Origin: a candidate division WOR-3 bacterium
Lineage (GTDB): Bacteria; SDB-A
DNA: 52,244 nucleotides
Assembly (NCBI GenBank): GCA_016934535.1
Contig: JAFGSQ010000054.1
Span: 1-52,244 of the forward strand
Direction: 5' to 3'
Numbering within the stretch: position 1 is the stretch's first letter; each line of letters opens with the position of its first letter. Positions 1 through 8,196 of this stretch are shown here, in pieces. The notes beneath the pieces are model-generated. The model had not been told where the DNA came from and searched no databases. It saw only the letters and a list, made by a program, of their open reading frames with translations. The translations under genes and the position numbers were made by a program.

Positions 1-230
1 ATTGATCCTTCTGTTACCAAATCAACTTTTATTCCAAGCTTATCTGTAAGTTCATTTTCAATTCGCAATAATTGAAGAAGTGAAATATTACCATGAAAAC
101 GCACAAGAATATCAATATCGCTTCCTTTTCCATCTTCTTTTCGAGCATAAGATCCGAACAATCCTATTAACTCCGGATTATATTCCCTTAAATGCTTGAG
201 GATAATATTTCTAATTTTTTGTCGAGACAT
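1..230 (-). CDS. Minimal nucleotidyltransferase (MNT/MntA-type antitoxin), 3'-truncated by the window edge
   Basis: Not in the ORF track; my translation from ATG at 230 is MSRQKIRNIILKHLKEYNPELIGLFGSYARKEDGKGSDIDILVRFHGNISLLQLLRIENELTDKLGIKVDLVTEGS. It has the GS-x10-DID polymerase-beta motif and a KVDLV strand. Confidence 0.88.
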   Translation of the reverse strand, partial: MSRQKIRNIILKHLREYNPELIGLFGSYARKEDGKGSDIDILVRFHGNISLLQLLRIENELTDKLGIKVDLVTEGS

Positions 231-427
231 ACTTCAAATTTAGCAATTTTTTTTAACAAAAGCTATATCATTGATCGATCACCAATCTGCACCAATGATT
301 AAGCACGTAAAGCACGCCATATAAGAGATCTACACAGTTATAAAATTTGCAGGACAAATTTTATAAAGAAAAGTTTCTTTATTCTCCTTCGTGTGACGAT
401 ATTTTGAATCTTTGATTCAAAAATCGG

Positions 428-516
428 ATTCGCGGTTAATATTCTTTTTTTCTTCTTTCTTATCTTTCGTGTTCATACGCGGTTGATTCTTCTTTATATT
501 TGTGTTCATTAGTGGT
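428..516. repeat. Short degenerate intergenic repeats, consensus TT(C/T)GTGTTCAT-N2-G(C/T)GGT
   Basis: TTTCGTGTTCATACGCGGTT (465-484), ATTTGTGTTCATTAGTGGT (498-516) and partial ATTCGCGGTT (428-437). Confidence 0.5.
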
Positions 517-609
517 GTATATTTTTTCTTATTAAACTCGTAAAGCTATATGCCGCTGCAGCTCGTAAAGATATTTGCCGCTTGACAAGAGATGAAGGAT
601 TGACATTCA

Positions 610-1041
610 TTATCTGTTTTTATAAGGCAATTGAAGTGTTTCAACAAAATCTGAAACTGATTCGAGTCCAGGATCTTTATGGACAAGTACAGCCTTTTTA
701 TCGTGAGCTGTCGCGGCAATAAAAGCGTCGGAAACGGAAAGCCTGTGGTTTGCTTTTATCCTGCCGGCCGACAATGTAATTCTTTCGCAGGGCTCGACGC
801 ATTGCAGGGGTAACGCTTTTAGCAATATTACCAATTCTTTTGCCGCGCTTTCTCCTTTTCCCTGCCATGCTATGTAATAAACTTCGGTAAAAGAGATAAA
901 AGAAATAAAACTCTCGCATTTTTTGTTTCTTGATCTCGTTAAAATATCATCTACCGTTTCGCTCCCTTTTTCGTCTTTTATGAGAGTAAACAGTGCTGAA
1001 GTATCTAAAACGTATCTTTTATTCACTTTTCCGCTCTTCAT
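610..1041 (-). CDS. vapC: PIN-domain toxin (VapC family)
   Basis: YVLDTSAL, ISFTEVYY, LSVSDAFIAATA and LVHKD carry the acidic PIN tetrad. It overlaps the upstream antitoxin; the true start may be GTG at 1026. Confidence 0.9.
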   Translation of the reverse strand: MKSGKVNKRYVLDTSALFTLIKDEKGSETVDDILTRSRNKKCESFISFISFTEVYYIAWQGKGESAAKELVILLKALPLQCVEPCERITLSAGRIKANHRLSVSDAFIAATAHDKKAVLVHKDPGLESVSDFVETLQLPYKNR

Positions 1042-1246
1042 TCCTCGATTCTATCAAAGCTTTCAAGAAATCTATGTTTTTATATTTCCCCCTCAACTCA
1101 TTTACAGGATCTTTTGGTATAGGCAGAACTGATATTGTAAATCCGTCGTCAAGCCAAGCCAGTTTAGACTTTGGGAGAATTTTGTATTTTTTTCTTATGG
1201 CCGAGGGTATGGCGGTTTGACCCCTTATGGTTACCGTGCTTAGCAT
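1019..1246 (-). CDS. AbrB/MazE/SpoVT-family antitoxin (VapB-like)
   Basis: STVTIRGQTAIPSAIRKKY is the swapped-hairpin motif. An AAGGAGG RBS lies just upstream of ATG 1246, and the gene precedes and overlaps the PIN toxin. Confidence 0.88.
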   Translation of the reverse strand: MLSTVTIRGQTAIPSAIRKKYKILPKSKLAWLDDGFTISVLPIPKDPVNELRGKYKNIDFLKALIESRNEERKSE

Positions 1247-1271
1247 ATTAGCCTCCTTTATTATCATTGAA

Positions 1272-1306
1272 ATTATACAAGATAAAAATAATATTTACAA
1301 GATAAA
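1272..1306 (-). promoter_or_regulatory. Sigma70-like promoter of the TA operon overlapped by two 11-bp direct repeats (putative operator)
   Basis: Minus strand reads TTGTAA (1300-1295), 17 bp, TATAAT (1277-1272). TACAAGATAAA occurs at 1276-1286 and 1296-1306. Confidence 0.6.
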
Positions 1307-1454
1307 TTAAGTATTTTACCTGTAATATCTTAAAAAGTCATGACGGGATGGAATTTGACATTTCCATGTTTATGCAATAGCTTATACTATAAAACACGAG
1401 GGAATACTAAAGTCAATGTTGTTTGTTTTGATTACAGGAAAGAACATTTTTTAA

Positions 1455-1721
1455 ATGAAATTTGTTATGATCTTAGGATATGTCTTGTTGATCCTGGGCG
1501 CCGTTTTATGTCTTTTCTGCTTTTCGATATACGTTCTTTCGCATCTGACATACCTTTCAGTATGTTTCAATAAGTGGGTGATGTCCGAAGCCCCCAGGTA
1601 TGCAACCGATCCGATATTGTATCTACTCGGCTCATATTTTTGGCTTTTTGTCGCTTTCATCGGAATGATAATGATCATGTTTCAAAAGATTTATGTTAAA
1701 GTTCTCGGCGAGAATAAATAA
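1455..1721 (+). CDS. Small membrane protein with two hydrophobic segments
   Basis: 88-aa ORF with two clear TM-like stretches, overlapping the start of the PAP2 gene. Confidence 0.5.
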   Translation: MKFVMILGYVLLILGAVLCLFCFSIYVLSHLTYLSVCFNKWVMSEAPRYATDPILYLLGSYFWLFVAFIGMIMIMFQKIYVKVLGENK

Positions 1722-2487
1722 ACTTCACCTCCTTGGAAACCGGTATTTTTACGTAACACTGATTTTGTCGTTTCTCGCAGTTCTCACTGCCGTGCCTGTT
1801 GTCAACATGTCTATTTTCAGATTCCTCAATAATTTATCGTCGGTAACGGGAGAGAATGTCTGGATTTTTTTTACATTCTTTTCCGACGGGTTGGTCTCTT
1901 TTGTCATCCTGACTCCTTTTGTTAGGAAAAAACCTAAAATAATATTTGCTGTCATCATCGCCGCAATAATTTCGACAATATTAAACCAAATACTGAAGAG
2001 GTCATTTCACGTCCTCAGGCCGACGAGGGTCCTGGACAGGAACTCAATGATTCTCATAGGACCTGACTGGGGACAGTATTCTTTTCCGTCGGGGCATGCG
2101 TCGATGGTTTTTGTACTGGCTTCAGTTATATCCGAAGAGGGGAAGAGGCCGCTTAAAATAATTGTTTTGTTTATAGCTTCAATTATCGCCATTTCACGGG
2201 CAGTCGTCGGGGTCCATTGGCCGTTTGACATAACTGCTGGAGCCGCTATGGGATGGATTTCAGGTTGCTTGGGTTACTGTATTGCCGGAAAGATCTTGTG
2301 GGGCACAGGCAGAAAAGCGGCGATCTTTTACGGATTTCTTTTGGCAGTATGCTGTATCGTTCTTTTTTTGTGGGACTATTCGGGTTTTGATGGAATCATG
2401 CTTTTTCAAAAGACAGTAGCCCTTGTTTTCTTTGCTGTTTGTTTAGTTGAAGTTTTTTATTTGATGAAAAGATCGCCTAAATCTTAA
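1693..2487 (+). CDS. PAP2-family membrane phosphatase
   Basis: Motifs KxxxxxxRP (LKRSFHVLRP), SFPSGH and SRxxxGxHxxxD (SRAVVGVHWPFD), plus multiple TM helices. Confidence 0.93.
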   Translation: MLKFSARINKLHLLGNRYFYVTLILSFLAVLTAVPVVNMSIFRFLNNLSSVTGENVWIFFTFFSDGLVSFVILTPFVRKKPKIIFAVIIAAIISTILNQILKRSFHVLRPTRVLDRNSMILIGPDWGQYSFPSGHASMVFVLASVISEEGKRPLKIIVLFIASIIAISRAVVGVHWPFDITAGAAMGWISGCLGYCIAGKILWGTGRKAAIFYGFLLAVCCIVLFLWDYSGFDGIMLFQKTVALVFFAVCLVEVFYLMKRSPKS

Positions 2488-2614
2488 AACACTGCATATT
2501 GAATTCTCGTATTCCAAACGATTTTGACTTGATTTTATTCTGAAATTATCGGACAATTCGTTTTTATACATCGGTCATTGCGCTCGTAAAGAGTGAAAAC
2601 GATATTTTTATCTC

Positions 2615-2687
2615 GCCCTCGTAGCTCAGTGGATAGAGCATCGGTTTCCTAAACCGGGGGCCACAAGTTCGAATCTTGTCGGGGGCG
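2615..2687 (+). tRNA. tRNA-Arg(CCT)
   Basis: Cloverleaf: acceptor GCCCTCG/CGGGGGC, D-arm GCTC/GAGC, anticodon arm TCGGT-TTCCTAA-ACCGG, T-arm ACAAG-TTCGAAT-CTTGT. CCA is not encoded. Confidence 0.95.
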
Positions 2688-2713
2688 AAATCTACGATCT
2701 TAAAGGAGAAGAA

Positions 2714-3481
2714 ATGACGAAAAATCTTCCTCATCAGGAAATAGGACACGACGATGCTTTTATTAAATACATAAAAAAAATCGTCATTCTCATCAAAAAG
2801 TATCCCTATCATTCGGCCATTGTTGTAGTCGCGGCCGTATCTCTCATAGTCCTTTTGTCCAACCTCTTCGGACGAAGAGGCGACACGATGAAAACACAGG
2901 ATCACATTCTTCTAACCATGAATAATTTTGACGCCCTGTATTACGGAGAAAACACACAGGAAGTCCTGACAGCTTTGACCCAGTCGATGGACAGGCTTTC
3001 GAAAATCTCCAACCAGGACACTACATCCAAAGGACTCATAACAACTCTCGAAGGATACTCTTTTGCTCTCCAGCTTCAATACCAAATGGCCGCCGAAAAA
3101 TGGCAGAAAGTCTTCGGAGGGGAAGTGAATGCGTCCAAAACGGTCGCGCTCGTGGCGACCTTGGGTTTCACGGATATGGTTGACCCGATTAATTCAGTGT
3201 CCATAATCTTTCCGAGACTGCAGGAATTCTTTGTAGAAGATTCCGGGCTGGCCATGCTGGCTCTTCTCGACGCCGGCGAAAACGCTGTTTTTGCGCTGAT
3301 GTACGATACTTCAGCCGCCGTAGACACTTCTACAGTTCAGTTATACGACATGGGAAAAATGGCTCTCGATTTTTCGGTTCACAACATGACCAACTTGTCT
3401 CTTAAAAATGAAGCGCTTTTCTACAGAGAAATGATAGACGTCGCCTATCAGGTCAGAAACAACAAAATAGAGACAGAATAA
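2714..3481 (+). CDS. Hypothetical single-TM protein with a helical (TPR/YfgM-like) extracytoplasmic region
   Basis: AAAGGAG RBS; one TM segment (SAIVVVAAVSLIVLLSNLF) followed by a helical-looking domain. The family assignment is tentative. Confidence 0.6.
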   Translation: MTKNLPHQEIGHDDAFIKYIKKIVILIKKYPYHSAIVVVAAVSLIVLLSNLFGRRGDTMKTQDHILLTMNNFDALYYGENTQEVLTALTQSMDRLSKISNQDTTSKGLITTLEGYSFALQLQYQMAAEKWQKVFGGEVNASKTVALVATLGFTDMVDPINSVSIIFPRLQEFFVEDSGLAMLALLDAGENAVFALMYDTSAAVDTSTVQLYDMGKMALDFSVHNMTNLSLKNEALFYREMIDVAYQVRNNKIETE

Positions 3482-3500
3482 ATAACGACTCAAGTATCGG

Positions 3501-3540
3501 AAATGCATTTTTTAGCTGAAAATGCATTTCGCCTTTTTAT
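3501..3540. terminator. Hairpin terminator between convergent genes
   Basis: Stem-loop GAAATGCATTTT-ttagctg-AAAATGCATTTC followed by GCCTTTTT. Confidence 0.6.
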
Positions 3541-3616
3541 TACCCGTGTTTGAGAATCGAACCAGTAGTAAATTTACAGAAAATCAGGAATTGTAACAGA
3601 AATTACAACTGATTTT

Positions 3617-5869
3617 TCAACGGGAACCCCATATTTTTTTCAGTTGTTCGACTGATTCTGCCATGGATTTTTTCTTTTTTTTCTTCTTTTTATCGGATTT
3701 TTTTTCAAGAGCCTTCATGCTCAGATTGATCCTTTTGAGTTCTTCGTCGACGGAGACGACTTTCACTTTCACTTTTTTTCCGACTGAAATGAATTCTTCC
3801 GGTTTCGTGACAAACGAGTTCGAGAGTTCGGATATGTGTACCAGTCCGTCTATGTGAACTCCGATATCGACGAAAACGCCGAAATTCGTGACGTTTGTGA
3901 CGACGCCGTCGAGTATCATATCGGTCCTGACTTCAGAGATGTCTGCGACTCCTTCGTTAAAAAGGAACATCTGAAAATCTTCGCGAGGATCCCTGCCGGG
4001 ATTTTTCAATTCAGTGAAAATATCAAGAACTGTCGGGAGACCGAAGGATTCCGTCGTGTACTTTTCAGGGTTGATTTTTGAAAGCAGTTCAATGTTCGCT
4101 ATGAGATCGGAAAGAGGTTTTTTGAGGTCATCTGAAATCTGATTGACAATGAAGTAGGATTCGGGATGTATGCCGGTCGCATCCAGCGGCTCGTCCCTGC
4201 CTTTGATTCTGAGAAATCCGGCGCTCTGCTGAAAAGCCCGTTCTCCGTACATTCGCACATTCATAAGATCTTTTCTGCTATTGAACGCTCCTAAATTTTT
4301 TCTGTGATCCACTATGTTTTTGGCGAGAGTTTCTCCGATTCCCGAAACATATTTCAGCAAATGGCACGATGCGATATTGAGATCGACACCAACTCTGTTG
4401 ACTACAGAGACTACTACAGAGTCGAGTTTGTTCTTCAAAAGGGTTTGATTGACGTCGTGCTGATACTGACCGACTCCAATAGCTTTGGGATCAATCTTGA
4501 CGAGTTCGGAGAGCGGGTCCTGAAAACGCCTGCCTATTGATATAGCTCCGCGGACGGTTAAATCTTTGTCGGGAAATTCTTCCCGTCCGGCTTTTGACGC
4601 GGAATAAACAGATGCGCCGGCTTCGCTTATGACCGTGACTATTATGTCTTTTCCTTCGACTGTTTTTTTTACAAGTATTTCGGTTTCTCTCGACGCGGTT
4701 CCGTTGCCGATGACGATTGCCTGAATGGAATGTTTTTCAATGCACTTCAATATTTTTTTTGATGAATCAGCCAAAGCTTTTTCGGAGCCCACCGAAAAGA
4801 ACACGAAATCTTCGGCAAGATTTCCGAGTTCGTCAATTATTGCCGTTTTACAGCCTGTTCTGTAGCCGGGATCTACGGCCATCACTTTCATGTGGCCTGC
4901 GGGAGGCGATAGAAGGAGGCTTTCAAGATTTTTTGAAAAAATCTCCACGGCTTCAACATCGGATGTCTTCTTTAGTTCAAGCCTTATGTCGAGTTCGATT
5001 GATGGCACGATGAGCCTTTTCAGAGAGTCTTCGAGCATCTTGTCCAAAAACATTCTTCTCGGATGAGAACAATCGTAGAGAAGAGTCGAAAGTTCTGAAC
5101 AGTATGAATCCTTTACGGAGGTGATTGATGTTTTGAGAACTTTTTCCCTTTCTCCTCTGGCTATGGCTAAATATCTGTGAGAAGGTATGAATTTGATCTT
5201 TTCTGTAAAATTGTAGTATTTTTCAAATTTAGAGCGTTTGTCGGCCCATCCCTCGGCGGCTGTTACAATTACGACTCCGTTTTCCCTGAGAAAATCGCGG
5301 GCTTTTTTCCTGACTTCGGAATTCTCCGAAAACTGCTCGGCGAGAATGTGACCGGCCCCTTCGAGAGCTTCTTCGGGAGTCAGTTCGAGTTTTTTTTCTT
5401 TGACATATTTCAGGGACATGTGTTTTGGCTCCCCTTGAATGTCCGGTCTCAATATGTCTTGGGAGAGGTCCAGAAGACCTTTCTCTTTGGCCATGGAGGC
5501 TTTTGTCCTGCGTTTAGGCTTGTAAGGGAGATACAAATCCTCGAGTTCGTTCTTTGAGTATACAGATTCTATTTTACTGCGGAGTTCATCCGTGAGTGAT
5601 CCCTGTTCTGAAATTGTCGTCAATATTGTCTTTTTTCTCGAGTTCAGTTCTGAAATGTAATCACAGAAATCTTTGATCTTTTGGACTACAACTTCATCAG
5701 CGCTCTGGATTTTTTCTTTCCGGTATCTCGAAATAAAAGGTACGGTCATCGAAGCGTCGAATAGCTCGATCAGATTGGCTACGGTGGTCCGTTGCACGCC
5801 GGATTCGGACACTATATAACTGATGTCCTTATCAGATATGCTGTTTTTTAAAGATGACTCGTCTTGCAT
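3617..5869 (-). CDS. tex: Tex-family RNA-binding transcription accessory protein
   Basis: TVPFISRYRKE, LEDLYLPYKPKRRTKA, DPGYRTGCK, SEAGASVYSAS, IGVGQYQHDV, an HhH region and a C-terminal S1 domain (GVFVDIGVHIDGLVHISEL). Confidence 0.97.
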   Translation of the reverse strand: MQDESSLKNSISDKDISYIVSESGVQRTTVANLIELFDASMTVPFISRYRKEKIQSADEVVVQKIKDFCDYISELNSRKKTILTTISEQGSLTDELRSKIESVYSKNELEDLYLPYKPKRRTKASMAKEKGLLDLSQDILRPDIQGEPKHMSLKYVKEKKLELTPEEALEGAGHILAEQFSENSEVRKKARDFLRENGVVIVTAAEGWADKRSKFEKYYNFTEKIKFIPSHRYLAIARGEREKVLKTSITSVKDSYCSELSTLLYDCSHPRRMFLDKMLEDSLKRLIVPSIELDIRLELKKTSDVEAVEIFSKNLESLLLSPPAGHMKVMAVDPGYRTGCKTAIIDELGNLAEDFVFFSVGSEKALADSSKKILKCIEKHSIQAIVIGNGTASRETEILVKKTVEGKDIIVTVISEAGASVYSASKAGREEFPDKDLTVRGAISIGRRFQDPLSELVKIDPKAIGVGQYQHDVNQTLLKNKLDSVVVSVVNRVGVDLNIASCHLLKYVSGIGETLAKNIVDHRKNLGAFNSRKDLMNVRMYGERAFQQSAGFLRIKGRDEPLDATGIHPESYFIVNQISDDLKKPLSDLIANIELLSKINPEKYTTESFGLPTVLDIFTELKNPGRDPREDFQMFLFNEGVADISEVRTDMILDGVVTNVTNFGVFVDIGVHIDGLVHISELSNSFVTKPEEFISVGKKVKVKVVSVDEELKRINLSMKALEKKSDKKKKKKKKSMAESVEQLKKIWGSR

Positions 5870-5928
5870 AAAATTAACTCAGGAATTATCATAATAGCAA
5901 ATAGGTAAACAAATATCAAGGCGGTGAC

Positions 5929-8145
5929 GTGTTATCAATAATTGTTTTTTCAGTGTTTGTTGTCGGAACATCAATCCACCGGATTGAATACGATAATCAC
6001 AGGCACGAAATTGACTTTACTGAAGTCGGACCGGTAAATATCCCTTTCGAAGATATCTCACCGGACGGATTGCGCTACGACTATTACGGCTATCTTCCAT
6101 ATTGGGTTTCAAACTCTGCGTACCAGGAATTCGATTACAGCCTTTTGACTCACCTGGCGTATTTCTCAGTGGAATTATCCGCTTCAGGGAGTATCGGAGC
6201 GATACCCAATCAGACAAATTTCAATGAGATAGTATCTCTTTGCCATCCCAGGGGAGTGAGAGTTCACATGACCTTCACTCTTTTCGGCAGTTCGTCGGTT
6301 TCCTCTTTTTTGAACAGTTCGGTTGCAAGGCAGGCGGCGGTCTCAAACATAACGTCTCTTGTAAATTCGAGAGGAATAGAAGGCGCCAATATAGACTTTG
6401 AATTCGTGACATCATCCGTCAGAGATTCCTTTACTCTGTTCATCAGGGAACTTTCGAATTCCTTGCACAACAGCACAGAAGGAAGAAAAGAACTTTACAT
6501 AGCGATGCCGTGTGTTCCGGGATGGTATCCCGGTTACAATTTTCAGGCTCTCGCCGACACGTGCGACGGATTATTCATAATGGCATACGATTATCACTAC
6601 AGCGGCTCTTCAACTGCCGGACCTGTCTCTCCGACTTTCAACAGTTCTTTTTGGGGATATTACGCGGTAAACACTTCTGTCGGAGACATTATCAATTCAT
6701 ACGGCACGGCGAGAGAGAAAGTGATCCTCGGCATTCCGTATTACGGCATAGACTGGCCTACTGAAACGCAGTCTGCAGGATCATCAACAACGGGAAACGG
6801 AAGTGCGGTAATATTCAAAAACGCCAAGGCAAACGCGCTGACATACGGCAGATTGTGGGACGATAATTCATCGACTCCCTGGTACAGATACAATTCGACT
6901 TCGTGGCATCAATGCTGGTACGACGATTCGGTCAGCGTCATGCTCAAGCTCGAGATCGCAAGAGACAGCCTGCTTCAGGGCGCGGGATGCTGGGCTCTCG
7001 GATACGACAGCGGAGAGGACGATTTATGGAACGTGATAGGCCACGTATTCTCTATCGAACCCCCGGAAGGACATTATTCCGCAGAGGTCGCAACTGCCGA
7101 ACTGAATGTCAGGAGCGGGCCTTCGTCTTCGTATCCGGTCATTTCTCAAATTCACTCGGGACAGAAATTCTGTGTTTTTGACAGGAACGGGAACTGGTAC
7201 AAAATATACTTTCCCTCAGGAAGCGGTTACGCTCACGGCTGGGCATACGGCGGAGACGGAAATCCTGAGCAGTATTTGAAAGGCGCTAACGGCAACGAAA
7301 TTCTTCTGGTGACGGCTTCTCTTTTGAACGTACGGTCCGGACCGACAACCGATTCTGCTGTACTGACTCTCGTTTCACGCGGTCAATGTTTCGTCCCGGA
7401 TACTTTTTCCGGAAATTGGGCGAGAATATCGCTTGCCGACAGCAATATTATCGGCTGGATACACTATGTCAGTTACACGACAACGATTCCCTGCCCCGAA
7501 GATTCGAATTGTTTTGAGGCGGCGATTGATTCAATACATTGCAGTGACACAGTTTATTCGGGAGATACATTTACTGTGAGCTTTTATCTATTGAACACGG
7601 GCGAATCGCCCCTGGATTCACTTGTTTTGTTGGGATCAGATTCAGCGAGCTGTTTTTATCTGGCCGGTTATTGGCAGGATTCTTTTAATGCCCTGACAAC
7701 CGGCATTGACGCGCTTCCAGGGCAGTATTCCGCCAGGTATTCCCTGATGTCGGCTCCGCAAGTCAACTCGCCTCAGACGATCACCGAAATCTTCAGATTC
7801 AGAAGGAGACAGACTGACATTTCACAGGATCAAAATATAAGCGTGACGGTTTTGCCAGCATCATTTGTCAGCGAAGTGGATACAGAAGAATATTCGTGCT
7901 GTTTTTCTGTAAAACCATCATCCGGTTTATTCAGGGACGCCTGCGCTTTTGAGACCAATTCTCCCGGACTTTTCGAATTGACGGTTTTCGATATTTCAGG
8001 AAGGATCAGATTCAGTTACACAGGGAAAGACAAATCTGTCGAATTCGGCTCAGGAATTCCCTCAGGTGTTTATTTCTATTCTGCAAAATTCCTCGAAAAT
8101 CCCGGAATCGGAACGATAACCGGCAAGGTGACAAAAACCGAATAA
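5929..8145 (+). CDS. Secreted GH18 glycoside hydrolase with two SH3b domains and a T9SS-like C-terminal domain
   Basis: EGANIDFE catalytic motif, IMAYDY, LGIPYYG, WYDD and WALGYD. SH3b repeats LNVRSGPS...GNWYKI and LNVRSGPT...GNWARI. C-terminus VFDISGR...PSGVYF...GKVTK. Confidence 0.88.
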   Translation: MLSIIVFSVFVVGTSIHRIEYDNHRHEIDFTEVGPVNIPFEDISPDGLRYDYYGYLPYWVSNSAYQEFDYSLLTHLAYFSVELSASGSIGAIPNQTNFNEIVSLCHPRGVRVHMTFTLFGSSSVSSFLNSSVARQAAVSNITSLVNSRGIEGANIDFEFVTSSVRDSFTLFIRELSNSLHNSTEGRKELYIAMPCVPGWYPGYNFQALADTCDGLFIMAYDYHYSGSSTAGPVSPTFNSSFWGYYAVNTSVGDIINSYGTAREKVILGIPYYGIDWPTETQSAGSSTTGNGSAVIFKNAKANALTYGRLWDDNSSTPWYRYNSTSWHQCWYDDSVSVMLKLEIARDSLLQGAGCWALGYDSGEDDLWNVIGHVFSIEPPEGHYSAEVATAELNVRSGPSSSYPVISQIHSGQKFCVFDRNGNWYKIYFPSGSGYAHGWAYGGDGNPEQYLKGANGNEILLVTASLLNVRSGPTTDSAVLTLVSRGQCFVPDTFSGNWARISLADSNIIGWIHYVSYTTTIPCPEDSNCFEAAIDSIHCSDTVYSGDTFTVSFYLLNTGESPLDSLVLLGSDSASCFYLAGYWQDSFNALTTGIDALPGQYSARYSLMSAPQVNSPQTITEIFRFRRRQTDISQDQNISVTVLPASFVSEVDTEEYSCCFSVKPSSGLFRDACAFETNSPGLFELTVFDISGRIRFSYTGKDKSVEFGSGIPSGVYFYSAKFLENPGIGTITGKVTKTE

Positions 8146-8196
8146 TAATTTATCGTTTTTTGCGGATAGAAAACCAATGCATGCGAAAACACAGTA

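Noticed and set aside
251-345. Possible integron attC site (TTTTAAC...GTTATAA) between TA modules
   Set aside because: The intervening sequence lacks the extended imperfect palindrome and L boxes, and there is no integrase in the window.
2564-2905. 113-aa minus-strand ORF
   Set aside because: It is antisense to tRNA-Arg and to the RBS-supported ORF at 2714, so it is a shadow ORF.
3663-3710. T-rich low-complexity tract
   Set aside because: It simply encodes the Lys-rich C-terminal tail of Tex; the frame is intact and there is no sign of phase variation.
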